Source: TPA_inf: Saccharomyces
Taxonomy: Eukaryota
Assembly: GCA_000146045.2 (NCBI GenBank)
Contig: BK006940.2
Span: 1 to 64,000 of the forward strand
Length of the DNA stretch: 64,000 nucleotides
Reading direction: 5' to 3'
This document shows, piece by piece, positions 44,655-55,365 of the stretch; position 1 is the stretch's first letter, and the number at the start of each line of letters is the position of its first letter. The position numbers and the translations under genes are program-made. The notes beneath the pieces are model-generated. The model was not told where the DNA came from. It was given only the letters and a program-made list of their open reading frames with translations, and did no database searches.

Positions 44655-45560
44655 TTATCTATTTTGGCCAAAATCAACGTGTCCCGTGGATTCAGCGTGC
44701 CTAGCAACTTCTCTTTCACCCACAAAGGTCATTTGGCAAGTGTTGCATTTGATCTGGGCCTTATGAGTGTTGAAGGAATAGCCAGTTTGCTTCAAATTTG
44801 AGGCCAGTTGCAAAGCTGCTGTTAGAACATCATCTGATTCCGGCTGGTTCTTGTTGAAAACAGTTTTAAACTCGTTCATGGTCAAGGAATCATAGTGGAT
44901 TCCGTTGAACAGTATCAAAATGTAGTTGTCGAACTTGTCCTCGTTGAACTTTTCGATTTTAACAGCGTCAATGTCGACTACATAAATAGCTACTGCGAGT
45001 GCATCGGATATGATACCAATCTCGATGGCTCCACCCCAAGATTCCATTTTCAAAATCCATTGCGCGTAATCTTTGTTAGGTTTGTCCAATATGGCGTCAT
45101 TGAACTTGACGGGGTTGTTGAGGACCTCCTTAGAGACCATCTCCCTGAGGTCACGAACGCTATCTTGTTTGAAGATGCCATAGGCAATAGCATGGAACAG
45201 ACACGAGTTGTCGTCGAGAACAGGATGTACTGATAGGACGTTTTCTCCACTGCCACCAATTGACATCTCAGTGCTCTTCAGCACCCTCTTTGGTTTGGGT
45301 TGTGGTGGTGGCAAACTGAAGCTTTCGTTACTATCAGAGGACTCTATTGTAATCTTTTCACCAGAGTTAATACCCAGCTCGTCCAGCTGGGTTTGTCCCA
45401 AAGAAGCGTCTTCCCCTTGCAAATTGATCCTTTGAGGCGGATATCCAAACCTCATCGTCTTAACATCTACATTGATATGCTCAATAAGATCATTTAGTGT
45501 TGCATCTTGCTTCAAAGTAACGACTTGGTTGATTCCTGCTCCAGTAACTTTCAGTTTCAT
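44655..45560 (-). CDS. OTU1: OTU-family deubiquitinase with N-terminal UBX-like domain and C-terminal C2H2 zinc finger, 301 aa.
   Basis: OTU catalytic Cys context (DDNSCLFHAIAYG) and C-terminal C2H2 (CNTCQMTFVGEREVARHAESTGH). Confidence 0.9.
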   Translation of the reverse strand: MKLKVTGAGINQVVTLKQDATLNDLIEHINVDVKTMRFGYPPQRINLQGEDASLGQTQLDELGINSGEKITIESSDSNESFSLPPPQPKPKRVLKSTEMSIGGSGENVLSVHPVLDDNSCLFHAIAYGIFKQDSVRDLREMVSKEVLNNPVKFNDAILDKPNKDYAQWILKMESWGGAIEIGIISDALAVAIYVVDIDAVKIEKFNEDKFDNYILILFNGIHYDSLTMNEFKTVFNKNQPESDDVLTAALQLASNLKQTGYSFNTHKAQIKCNTCQMTFVGEREVARHAESTGHVDFGQNR

Positions 45561-45719
45561 CTTGAAAGTTTCTTCTCTTGGTTATCTTCTTCAATGTTAT
45601 CTTGTTTTCAAAGGAAAAAGTTGTTATTTGCCACTGAAATCGGCTTATTTCGCCCTTTACTATTAGTTACTACCATTGCCCTATAGAAACGATATATATT
45701 GGTACGAAGAAAATACAGA

Positions 45720-47744
45720 TCACAACTTCAGTTCTACCAATTGCAGCTTCACCAGTTGATGTAATGAGACAGCAATTGAACGTATGTAGAACAGATTAAA
45801 CAATAGCAAAACGACCACAATCAAGTATAAGAACAACCATGTTTCCATGGTGACCTTGAGACCTTGCTGCTCTGCAATTGCGGGAGCCGTAACAACCGCT
45901 TCTCTTGGTTGTTCAAGGTCAACCTCTTTCAACTTATTTTTTACTTCTTTATCATCTTGCTCCTCTTCCTCCTTGCTGATAGTAATTTGGCACTCTTCGA
46001 CATTGTTCTTGATGAACTTGGAAAGAATACGCTCCATTAATTGCGCAGCCTCCAATTGACCATTCTTGCATCCATTTTCAACCATACCTTTGATCCAACT
46101 GGAACCAGTCCATTCCACCCAAAAGGATACCCGTAACAGACACGTTATTTCGTCATTCCAACGGATTAGATACCTTGTCTTAGTTGAGAAACTACCACCA
46201 CTGGGCACGTTCGGAGTGCGTATGCTACTGATAACCTCATAGTAAGTATCAGGATCTTTTCTCTTTATTACCTCAGCAACATAACATGTCGTGGACTTGG
46301 GCCCCGCAGGAAAGTGCAATGCTTTCTCGTATGAATACTCACGCTTCAAAGTCATGGAAGATCCGTCAATGCTCGTGAAATTTGGAATAGTGGTAATTTG
46401 TGAACCTTCTTGACCCCGTAAAAAATCTAGAAGAAATTCGTTTTGCTCTGAGTTGAACATGATCTCAAAAAGTATACCAGGTGCACAATCGAATGGTAAC
46501 TCCTTGAGAACAAACTCGTTATTGGCCATAGGTTCAGCCGGAAAGCTTGTTGAATGATGATATATTGGACCATCATACTGATACGAGGAATCGGCACGCA
46601 GTTTATACGCTTTCTCTTTTTCTTTATCCGGCGAGGAACTCGTACTATTGGGGGTAGTCTCATTTGTAGAGATATTTTCATCGTCATTTTCATTAGTGTC
46701 ATTATCATTAGCGTCTTTATCATTGTTTTCCTCATCGATGGAGTTTATTGCATCATCAATCTCTTTGCCATTTCCTGACTTTTCTGCTTTAGTATTGATG
46801 TTTTCGCTGGCCATGTCCTTCTGCAACAAGGTTCTTGACCACACTTCTTTCATTAATCCAAATGCAGCATCCCTGGATATAAAACCATTAAAGAGAGTTT
46901 TGCCCATCTTTGTTTCGATGGATATTGCGCTGGGGAACAACCCAGCAGCAGAAGTTTTTTCCATAAACGTGACATCTTCGAACGCAATCAGTACTTTAGC
47001 AATCCAACCAAGAACATTGGAGTTGAAGCAGAGATGCGTTTCTGTTATGTATAGTTTCCCCTGGTAAAGCAGCTCTCTATTCAGCCCACAATTAAAATCA
47101 TCCAGTAGTCTGTCATCTTTAGGAACGGACTTGAATGTCTCATGAAAGTCTTTATTTCTTTGCTCAGACGCATAGTGATAAGGTGTGTCCATGTAACGTT
47201 CTTCCACGAATCGTCTATGATCGTAATTGTCTTCTTTCATTTGGGAAGGAGTGAGTCTTGTCTTGACCTCATCAGGCTTTTCCACCTGTTGCAAGGGAGA
47301 GCCTATTTCAGCAATTGTGGCATTACTGATACGGCGGCTTGATCTTCTTTTGGACCCCATGGAAGGCTCCCTTCTATGTGATATAATGCTTGGTTGCGAA
47401 ACTGGCGAAGTTGGCGTAGTTGATCTAGAAACTGGGGATGGCACGTTTGACTTAAACGAAGAGATCATTCCACTGAAGAACGAGGACGTCGAAGAAGTCC
47501 TTGATTGATCGTGCTTGATCTCTGTAGGGTGTTCATCGGCGGCACTTTGGTTTGTAATCACTACTAAATTCTTGCGTACGTCGTTGGTCTCTGTATTTAG
47601 GGGCACTTCTTGCAGTGACTCAGCTTCAGTATCGCCGGCATTGTCATTGTTACTTGCATGCTCAAAGGGGGGACCCAATTGTTTCACAGAATCAGTACTG
47701 TCCTCATTATCTGATACGGGTTCCCAGTTATCTACATCCGACAT
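45720..47744 (-). CDS. LAM5: GRAM plus VASt (StART-like) domain sterol-transfer protein with C-terminal TM anchor, 674 aa. Start taken at MSDVDNWEP... (YFL042C).
   Basis: GRAM-domain region (FHETFKSVPKDDRLLDDFNCGLNRELLYQGKLYITETHLCFNS) followed by a VASt domain and a C-terminal hydrophobic segment (WLFLYLIVVVLLLFNLFYI). Confidence 0.88.
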   Translation of the reverse strand: MSDVDNWEPVSDNEDSTDSVKQLGPPFEHASNNDNAGDTEAESLQEVPLNTETNDVRKNLVVITNQSAADEHPTEIKHDQSRTSSTSSFFSGMISSFKSNVPSPVSRSTTPTSPVSQPSIISHRREPSMGSKRRSSRRISNATIAEIGSPLQQVEKPDEVKTRLTPSQMKEDNYDHRRFVEERYMDTPYHYASEQRNKDFHETFKSVPKDDRLLDDFNCGLNRELLYQGKLYITETHLCFNSNVLGWIAKVLIAFEDVTFMEKTSAAGLFPSAISIETKMGKTLFNGFISRDAAFGLMKEVWSRTLLQKDMASENINTKAEKSGNGKEIDDAINSIDEENNDKDANDNDTNENDDENISTNETTPNSTSSSPDKEKEKAYKLRADSSYQYDGPIYHHSTSFPAEPMANNEFVLKELPFDCAPGILFEIMFNSEQNEFLLDFLRGQEGSQITTIPNFTSIDGSSMTLKREYSYEKALHFPAGPKSTTCYVAEVIKRKDPDTYYEVISSIRTPNVPSGGSFSTKTRYLIRWNDEITCLLRVSFWVEWTGSSWIKGMVENGCKNGQLEAAQLMERILSKFIKNNVEECQITISKEEEEQDDKEVKNKLKEVDLEQPREAVVTAPAIAEQQGLKVTMETWLFLYLIVVVLLLFNLFYIRSIAVSLHQLVKLQLVELKL

Positions 47745-48039
47745 CACCACTAATCTTTTTGTGTAGTTGCCTTCTTCACCCTTTTCTCAGATAGCGAAAT
47801 GGTTGAGTGTTTTAATATAATTGTCAAGATGCTTTATGAAAAAGGGTGGGAGAAACAAGTCCCCCTGCTCAGCGATACGCGATCTCTCTGATCTCAGACA
47901 TAAAGCAAACATTCTATCATGAGTGACATTGAGGATGACGGTAATTGGTAATATCTGACCTTCTGACCTCCACTCAACACAATGCAGAAAGCTATCAAAT
48001 GTTTTGAACCAAACATGAAAGAGATTCAGAAAGTTGCCA

Positions 48040-48925
48040 AGCCAACGTGATGTCACAGGTCAAAGTTTAAGTGAAGGCTATTGGAATCTGCGGATCAGAC
48101 ATTCACTACTACACGGATGGCCAGGTCAGCGTAAAGTAACCTGGGAAGCCCATGACTTTGGGCCACGAATCCAACGGTGCTGTTCTTGAAATTGAAGTAT
48201 CTCAAACTACTGTAAAGCGGGTGATGCAGTAAGCATATAGCCCTCATACCCAAATAGGTTTACCAAAGAGTTTCTGTGAGGCCATTATAGTTTGCAGCTC
48301 AACATACCATTTGCTGCATCACTGACCGTGACGGCACCCTTTGTCAAGAGTTCGTGGTTAACGTCGACTGCGTTTACTGATTACCGTTACAGTGAATTTC
48401 TAGCAAGAGTCCTCTGTAGATGCCACTATTTGTCGCTCTCCATGTAGTAAGGCCGTCCTAGCTGAAGTGTGGGGAGTAAGCTGTAGTTATAGGTGCTGGA
48501 ACAATTGATCTGCTGGCGGGTGCGGTACTCAGAGGGTTTGGTGTTCATGAGTACACATGATTCCAAGAAAGAGCAAAATGGACAGTTTATAAACGCTATG
48601 AAGAACTGCTATAATCAGAAAAAAAGGAAGCCTGATGGATTCGAGTCCTCAGGTACTCAAAAGAGCGTTGAGAATATGCTAAAATGTGTCAAGAACGGTG
48701 GAACAGTTAAGTAGGTTGATATCCACCCCTCGAATGAAAATGTGGGGACCCTCCCAACGAGATTCCTTCAGAGAGATTACATATAAAGTGAAATTCAAGT
48801 ATGACGATGGTGACTACTCCTTGGCCATTGATTTGATGTCTAGGGATTGTATTAATGTCTATGAGTTGATTACCGATAGGCTACTGGTTGATTTCCTTTC
48901 AAAAAAGCTGCTCAAGCTAAGATAG
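48040..48925 (+). pseudogene. Decayed sorbitol/xylitol dehydrogenase (SOR1/SOR2/XYL2-like, zinc MDR family) gene relic with multiple frameshifts, stops and deletions.
   Basis: Frame-hopping translation gives VKAIGICGSDIHYYTDGQVSVK* / PGKPMTLGHESNGAVLEIEVSQTTVKRVMQ*, compare IKATGICGSDIHYY...KAPMVLGHESSGQVVEVGDAVTRVKVGD. Further on it gives GAGTIDLLAGAVLRGFG, compare the Rossmann GAGPVGLL..AVA.AFGA. It ends with EITYKVKFKYDDGDYSLAIDLMSRDCINVYELITDR, compare KLIGCFRYSFGDYRDAVNLVATGKVNVKPLITHK. Confidence 0.75.
48734..48925 (+). CDS. Small ORF of 63 aa (YFL041W-A-like) that is the C-terminal remnant of the SOR-like relic.
   Basis: MKMWGPSQRDSFREITYKVKFKYDDGDYSLAIDLMSRDCINVYELITDRLLVDFLSKKLLKLR. 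The middle part aligns to the polyol-dehydrogenase C-terminus. Confidence 0.5.
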   Translation: MKMWGPSQRDSFREITYKVKFKYDDGDYSLAIDLMSRDCINVYELITDRLLVDFLSKKLLKLR

Positions 48926-49138
48926 GTAAGGTGTTTATAGAATTTATCGAACTGTATCTAAATATTTTTAATATTCTTGTTTTATTACTTTGTGGCTTTT
49001 GTATTCAGTCTGCACCCTGTTTCGCCATCGATTCTTATAATACATACATTTTTATATAAGATCACAGAAAATACGAAGACGTAAAAAAAGAGTTCCGAAT
49101 GAAAGAAGAAAGAATCAAGCACAGGAAGACAAGAAACG

Positions 49139-51007
49139 ATGTTGTTCTACTCGTTCGTGTGGTCTGTACTGGCCGCTAGTGTTGCTTTGGCAAAGACACA
49201 TAAGTTAAACTATACCGCTTCTTGGGTAACTGCCAATCCTGATGGATTGCATGAAAAAAGGATGATTGGTTTTAATGGCGAATGGCCACTTCCAGATATC
49301 CATGTTGAAAAAGGAGATCGTGTTGAGCTTTATTTGACTAACGGCTTTCAAGACAATACTGCTACTTCTCTACATTTCCATGGTCTTTTCCAGAATACGA
49401 GTTTGGGGAACCAGCTTCAAATGGATGGTCCTTCTATGGTGACACAATGTCCCATCGTTCCGGGACAAACATACCTGTACAACTTCACTGTCCCAGAGCA
49501 GGTAGGAACGTTCTGGTACCATGCACACATGGGTGCCCAGTACGGTGACGGTATGAGGGGTGCATTTATCATCCACGATCCGGAGGAGCCCTTCGAATAT
49601 GATCATGAACGAGTCATCACTCTATCGGACCATTATCACGAAAATTATAAAACGGTTACCAAAGAGTTTCTGTCAAGATATAATCCAACCGGTGCTGAAC
49701 CTATTCCTCAAAATATTCTTTTTAATAATACGATGAATGTAACTTTAGATTTTACACCCGGTGAAACGTATCTCTTCAGGTTCTTGAACGTTGGGCTGTT
49801 TGTATCCCAGTATATCATTCTTGAGGATCATGAAATGAGTATAGTAGAGGTGGACGGTGTTTACGTAAAGCCAAACTTTACTGATTCGATATATCTTTCT
49901 GCGGGGCAAAGAATGAGTGTGTTGATTAAAGCTAAAGATAAAATGCCTACAAGAAACTACGCTATGATGCAAATAATGGATGAGACGATGCTTGATGTTG
50001 TCCCACCTGAGTTACAACTCAACCAAACTATCCAAATGAGGTATGGCCACTCGTTGCCGGAGGCACGCGCATTGAACATTGAAGATTGTGACTTGGACCG
50101 CGCCACGAATGACTTTTACCTAGAACCTCTGATTGAGAGAGACCTACTTGCTCACTATGACCACCAAATTGTCATGGATGTAAGAATGGTCAACTTGGGT
50201 GATGGTGTGAAGTATGCATTTTTCAATAATATCACTTACGTCACACCAAAGGTGCCTACTTTGACAACGTTGCTTACCTCAGGAAAGCTTGCGTCAGATC
50301 CTAGAATTTATGGTGATAATATCAATGCGCAGTTATTGAAACATAATGATATCATAGAGGTTGTTCTAAACAATTATGATTCTGGCAGACATCCATTCCA
50401 TTTGCACGGTCATAATTTCCAAATAGTCCAAAAGTCGCCAGGGTTCCATGTTGATGAAGCTTATGACGAATCTGAGCAAGATGAAATGACCGTCCCTTAT
50501 AACGAATCTGCGCCATTACAACCGTTCCCTGAGAGGCCGATGGTGAGAGATACAGTGGTTCTTGAACCTAGTGGACATGTTGTCCTGAGATTTAGAGCTG
50601 ACAACCCTGGTGTCTGGTATTTCCATTGTCATGTAGATTGGCACTTACAACAAGGTTTGGCTTCGGTCTTTATTGAGGCACCCGTTTTACTTCAGGAAAG
50701 GGAAAAGCTTAATGAGAACTATCTGGATATATGCAAAGCCGCTGATATTCCGGTAGTTGGTAATGCTGCAGGTCATTCGAATGATTGGTTTGACTTAAAA
50801 GGATTACCAAGACAACCTGAGCCACTACCAAAGGGATTTACTACTGAAGGATATTTGGCATTGATTATTTCAACCATTATCGGTGTCTGGGGCCTATATT
50901 CCATTGCTCAGTATGGTATTGGCGAGGTTATCCCTAACGATGAGAAGGTGTACCACACGTTAAGGGAAATCTTGGCTGAAAATGAAATAGAGGTTTCTCG
51001 CGGCTAA
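49139..51007 (+). CDS. FET5: Multicopper ferroxidase (Fet3 paralogue) with C-terminal TM, 622 aa.
   Basis: Copper-binding HxH motifs (HFHGLF, WYHAHMG, HPFHLHGH, HCHVDWH) and a C-terminal hydrophobic segment. Confidence 0.93.
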   Translation: MLFYSFVWSVLAASVALAKTHKLNYTASWVTANPDGLHEKRMIGFNGEWPLPDIHVEKGDRVELYLTNGFQDNTATSLHFHGLFQNTSLGNQLQMDGPSMVTQCPIVPGQTYLYNFTVPEQVGTFWYHAHMGAQYGDGMRGAFIIHDPEEPFEYDHERVITLSDHYHENYKTVTKEFLSRYNPTGAEPIPQNILFNNTMNVTLDFTPGETYLFRFLNVGLFVSQYIILEDHEMSIVEVDGVYVKPNFTDSIYLSAGQRMSVLIKAKDKMPTRNYAMMQIMDETMLDVVPPELQLNQTIQMRYGHSLPEARALNIEDCDLDRATNDFYLEPLIERDLLAHYDHQIVMDVRMVNLGDGVKYAFFNNITYVTPKVPTLTTLLTSGKLASDPRIYGDNINAQLLKHNDIIEVVLNNYDSGRHPFHLHGHNFQIVQKSPGFHVDEAYDESEQDEMTVPYNESAPLQPFPERPMVRDTVVLEPSGHVVLRFRADNPGVWYFHCHVDWHLQQGLASVFIEAPVLLQEREKLNENYLDICKAADIPVVGNAAGHSNDWFDLKGLPRQPEPLPKGFTTEGYLALIISTIIGVWGLYSIAQYGIGEVIPNDEKVYHTLREILAENEIEVSRG

Positions 51008-51349
51008 TTAAACAAGAAAATATAAAAGAAAAATGAAAGAAGTTTATATTCATATTGATGATTTGCAATCCTAAAAAAAATGTAGCACTGTAAATACTGC
51101 TTACTATTGAGTATTTTCATTTTGTTCATTCCATTCCCTATATAATATTCATACGTAATCAAATCTATTGCTTTTTTTTTCTCTTTTATTTCGTTGTTTT
51201 AGCTCTGACGTTGTGACGCTCAGCCAAGAACGTCACAAAAAAAGGATGAAAATCAAAAAACAAAATATTCAATAAGTGTAATATGAGAAGAGAAAAAAGA
51301 AAGAACAAGTACAGTTTCTAACATTATACTTTAAAAATTATTAAGCACA

Positions 51350-52972
51350 ATGACAGCAATGAAAGCTATTGTCTGGAGACTTCCCAAGATGCCGAAAATC
51401 AAAATTACAAAAACTTATGAAGTTACGAAAATTACGGCGATATTGACACTAGTAGGATTTATAATGGGCCTTGAGGTGCCGTCATTGGCAACTTTTCTCA
51501 CAAACAAAACGTTTAATGAGTACTTCAAGTATCCAACTCCTTTACAACAAGGTTTACTCATGGGGTCCACCCCCCTGGGTGGTATCATGGGATGTTTTAT
51601 TTGCTGCATAATGAATGATAGATTCAGTAGAATATATCAATTTCAATCGGGAATAATAATATGGAATATTGTTACGTTATTGAACTTTTGTATTTGGGAT
51701 ATATTAGGTTTACTAATTTGCCGGATGATCAAGGGTATGATCCTTGGGAACTTTTCAATTTTAGTAGCATCCTACGCAAATGAAGTTATCCCCCGCGGCA
51801 AGCGTGGAAGTACGATGAGCTATATTCAATTGTGTTTAACCATTGGAATTCTTGTTATGCATTATTTGTGCATTGCATTAAGTCTATGGGATTCTCATTT
51901 TGCGTTCCGTATAGCGTGGTGCATAGGAATCATTCCTGGATTACTGTTCTGGATGGCTAGCTACGCTCTACCTGAATCTTATCACTGGCTAGTACTACAT
52001 GGGAAGATGAGTGAAGCTCAGGAAATTCAGCACAATTTAGCCAAAAAGTTTAATGAAAGCCAGCCAAGGGATGCAGTCCCTGAGATGAGTAAGATCGAAT
52101 TAGCAGGAGATTTTTGGATTGGAGTTAATGATTTGGACTTCTCCAAAAAATTACCTCGGGGTTCGTTTAAGCCTTTGATTCTTGGAATGACTTTACAGTT
52201 ATTGGTTCAATTTAGCGGTATAAACATTATCCTTGGTTATATTACATACATTTGCGAGATTGTAGGGCTTGAAGGCAATGTAAAACTATTCACCAGTTCC
52301 ATTCCATATTTCATCAACATGGTTTTGAGCTTGTTACCGATTACATTCATTGATTACACTAGCAGAAAGCTAATTACCTTGTTGGGTGGCTTTCCCATTA
52401 GTGGGTTGCTCATTACAATCGGCGCATTATTTGTGAAGTATGGTCAAGACACCAAGCCCATCGACGGCAATAGGAGTTTAGTTTGGTCAATTGGAGAAAA
52501 CCCGTTTGTGGGAGGATGGATTCTAACTTTATGCTTTCTAATTGTTGGAATATTTGCCATGAGCCTTTCCAGTATACCTTGGGTTTACACGAATGAAATG
52601 TTGCCCTCACGAGTGAAAGTTAAGGGATTTGCCATTTGCGTAACGTTTGGATGGTTGGGCAATTTTATTTTAACGTTTCTATGCCCTGTGATGATTGAAA
52701 GATTAAAAGGCACAACATTTATAATATTTGGATCTTTGACATTCTTGATATCACTTTCAGTTTTGATTTGGTTCCCAGAAACAAAGGGTATGAGCATAGA
52801 AGATATTGATAAATTCTTCGAATTTGAGAGTAAAGAGGGCACCAATTTACATGGGGAAAAGGGTATCAAAACGCCGGACTCAAATTCTAATGGCGGTTCT
52901 ACAAGATCCTCCCAAGAAGGGCAATTGCATAAACCTATAAAACTGAAAAGCGATGAAGAGATGATCATATGA
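51350..52972 (+). CDS. MFS sugar-transporter-like membrane protein, 540 aa (YFL040W), divergent from the HXT family.
   Basis: 12 predicted TM segments and sugar-porter-like motifs (VIPRGKRGS resembles the R-x-G-R-R loop; PESYHWLVLHGK resembles PESPRWL). Confidence 0.85.
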   Translation: MTAMKAIVWRLPKMPKIKITKTYEVTKITAILTLVGFIMGLEVPSLATFLTNKTFNEYFKYPTPLQQGLLMGSTPLGGIMGCFICCIMNDRFSRIYQFQSGIIIWNIVTLLNFCIWDILGLLICRMIKGMILGNFSILVASYANEVIPRGKRGSTMSYIQLCLTIGILVMHYLCIALSLWDSHFAFRIAWCIGIIPGLLFWMASYALPESYHWLVLHGKMSEAQEIQHNLAKKFNESQPRDAVPEMSKIELAGDFWIGVNDLDFSKKLPRGSFKPLILGMTLQLLVQFSGINIILGYITYICEIVGLEGNVKLFTSSIPYFINMVLSLLPITFIDYTSRKLITLLGGFPISGLLITIGALFVKYGQDTKPIDGNRSLVWSIGENPFVGGWILTLCFLIVGIFAMSLSSIPWVYTNEMLPSRVKVKGFAICVTFGWLGNFILTFLCPVMIERLKGTTFIIFGSLTFLISLSVLIWFPETKGMSIEDIDKFFEFESKEGTNLHGEKGIKTPDSNSNGGSTRSSQEGQLHKPIKLKSDEEMII

Positions 52973-53259
52973 TACACGGTCCAATGGATAAACATTTTTT
53001 ATCAACACTATGATATATAAATATAATAGTTTTTCGTATATATATTCCTTTTTTTGGTCAATTTTTGAAATTTTCGTAGAAAAGGGAGAGACAAAACACA
53101 TTATATCAATGAAAACGTACAAAAAGTAGATAAAGTCAGTGCTTAAACACGTCTTTTCCTTAAAAATACTTTATTATTTTTATTTTATTGAGAGGGTGGT
53201 TTAAAAATAGAAATAGAGAGAGAGGTACATACATAAACATACGCGCACAAAAGCAGAGA

Positions 53260-54696
53260 TTAGAAACACTTGTGGTGAACGATAGATGGACCACTTTCGT
53301 CGTATTCTTGTTTTGAGATCCACATTTGTTGGAAGGTAGTCAAAGAAGCCAAGATAGAACCACCAATCCAGACGGAGTACTTTCTTTCTGGAGGAGCAAT
53401 GATCTTGACCTTCATGGAAGATGGAGCCAAAGCGGTGATTTCCTTTTGCATTCTTTCGGCAATACCTGGGAACATGGTGGTACCACCGGACATAACGATG
53501 TTACCGTATAATTCCTTACGGACATCGACATCACACTTCATGATGGAGTTGTAAGTAGTTTGGTCAATACCGGCAGATTCCAAACCCAAAACAGAAGGAT
53601 GGAACAAAGCTTCTGGGGCTCTGAATCTTTCGTTACCAATAGTGATGACTTGACCATCTGGAAGTTCGTAGGATTTTTCAATTGAAGAAGATTGAGCAGC
53701 GGTTTGCATTTCTTGTTCGAAGTCCAAGGCGACGTAACATAGTTTTTCCTTGATGTCACGGACAATTTCTCTTTCAGCAGTGGTGGAGAAAGAGTAACCA
53801 CGTTCACTCAAGATCTTCATCAAGTAGTCAGTCAAATCTCTACCGGCCAAATCGATTCTCAAAATGGCGTGAGGTAGAGAGAAACCAGCGTAAATTGGAA
53901 CGACGTGAGTAACACCATCACCGGAATCCAAAACAATACCAGTAGTTCTACCGGAAGAGTACAAGGACAAAACGGCTTGGATGGAAACGTAGAAGGCTGG
54001 AACGTTGAAAGTTTCAAACATAATTTGAGTCATCTTTTCTCTGTTTGATTTAGGGTTCATTGGAGCTTCAGTCAAAAGAACAGGGTGTTCTTCTGGGGCA
54101 ACTCTCAATTCGTTGTAGAAGGTATGATGCCAGATCTTTTCCATATCGTCCCAGTTGGTGACAATACCGTGTTCAATTGGGTAACGTAAAGTCAAGATAC
54201 CTCTCTTGGATTGAGCTTCATCACCAACGTAGGAGTCTTTTTGACCCATACCGACCATGATACCTTGGTGTCTTGGTCTACCGACGATAGATGGGAAGAC
54301 AGCACGAGGAGCGTCGTCACCGGCAAAACCGGCTTTACACATACCAGAACCGTTATCAATAACCAAAGCAGCAACCTCTAAACATATAATATAGCAACAA
54401 AAAGAATGAAGCAATCGATGTTAGTACATGAGACTTAGTAACAGTAGCAAATAAAAGAAGAATATCACTATCACTTATCACGAAAATATTTCAGTTTTTT
54501 TTTTTTTTCCAAATTTCAAGCCCCTATTTATTCCAATAATATCGTGGTTATTACAGATCAGTCAATATAGGAGGTTATGGGAGAGTGAAAAATAGTAAAA
54601 AAAGGTAAAAGAGAAATCTCTCGAGCAATTGGGACCGTGCAATTCTTCTTACAGTTAAATGGGATGGTGCAAGCGCTAGAACATACCAGAATCCAT
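53260..54696 (-). CDS. ACT1: Actin. Two exons on the minus strand: exon 1 at 54687..54696 (ATGGATTCTG) and exon 2 at 53260..54377, with the intron at 54378..54686.
   Basis: Exon 2 translation is the complete actin sequence from [30 protein letters not shown]... to ...IVHHKCF. ATGGATTCTG followed by GTATGT is present on the minus strand at 54696..54681. Confidence 0.97.
54378..54686 (-). other. ACT1: ACT1 spliceosomal intron, 309 nt.
   Basis: 5' splice site GTATGT (plus-strand acatac at 54681-54686), branchpoint TACTAAC (plus-strand gttagta at 54420-54426), and 3' splice site TAG immediately before AGGTTGCTGCT at 54377. Confidence 0.95.
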
Positions 54697-55365
54697 TGTT
54701 AATTCAGTAAATTTTCGATCTTGGGAAGAAAAAAGCAGTAAGCGTGAAAAATCTAAAAGCTGATGTAGTAGAAGATCCTATTCTTTAACAAAGATTGACC
54801 TTTTCTTTTTCTTCTTGGTTTGAGTAGAAAGGGGAAGGAAGAATACAAGAGAGAGGAAAAAAAGGAAGATAAAAAGAGAGCGTGATATAAATGAATATAT
54901 ATTAAACAAGAGAGATTGGGAAGGAAAGGATCAAACAAACCCAAAAATATTTCAAAAAGGAGAGAGAGAGGCGAGTTTGGTTTCAAAACGGTTTATTTAT
55001 TTATGCAAGAGGACGTGGAAGAAAAAGAAGAAGGAAGAAAAAAATTTGAAAGAAAAAAACGCGTGGCGGGTAAAGAAGAAAATGGAAAATAGAGGCCGGG
55101 TGACAGAGAAATATTGAGGGTTAATTGGAAAATATGTTAGGGTGAGGCATATGTTTTTAAGGGTTTTGAGGATCCGATAAGGAAGAATGTAGGTTAAATG
55201 TTGTGCATTAATTGCTGTGGCAGCTTACCCGCTTCCCCACACATTTTGGTAGTATCTGTCCTCTTGTTATTGTTACTGTAATTGTGTATATATGTTCTCG
55301 CGTGTGTCTTATTTACTTATTTAGTTATTATATTATATGGGTCTGCAAGGTAGAGGCGCGCTTGT

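Noticed and set aside
47787-48056. 89-aa minus-strand ORF between LAM5 and the SOR-like relic.
   Set aside because: No recognisable similarity. It overlaps the start of the plus-strand SOR-like relic and is probably a chance ORF.
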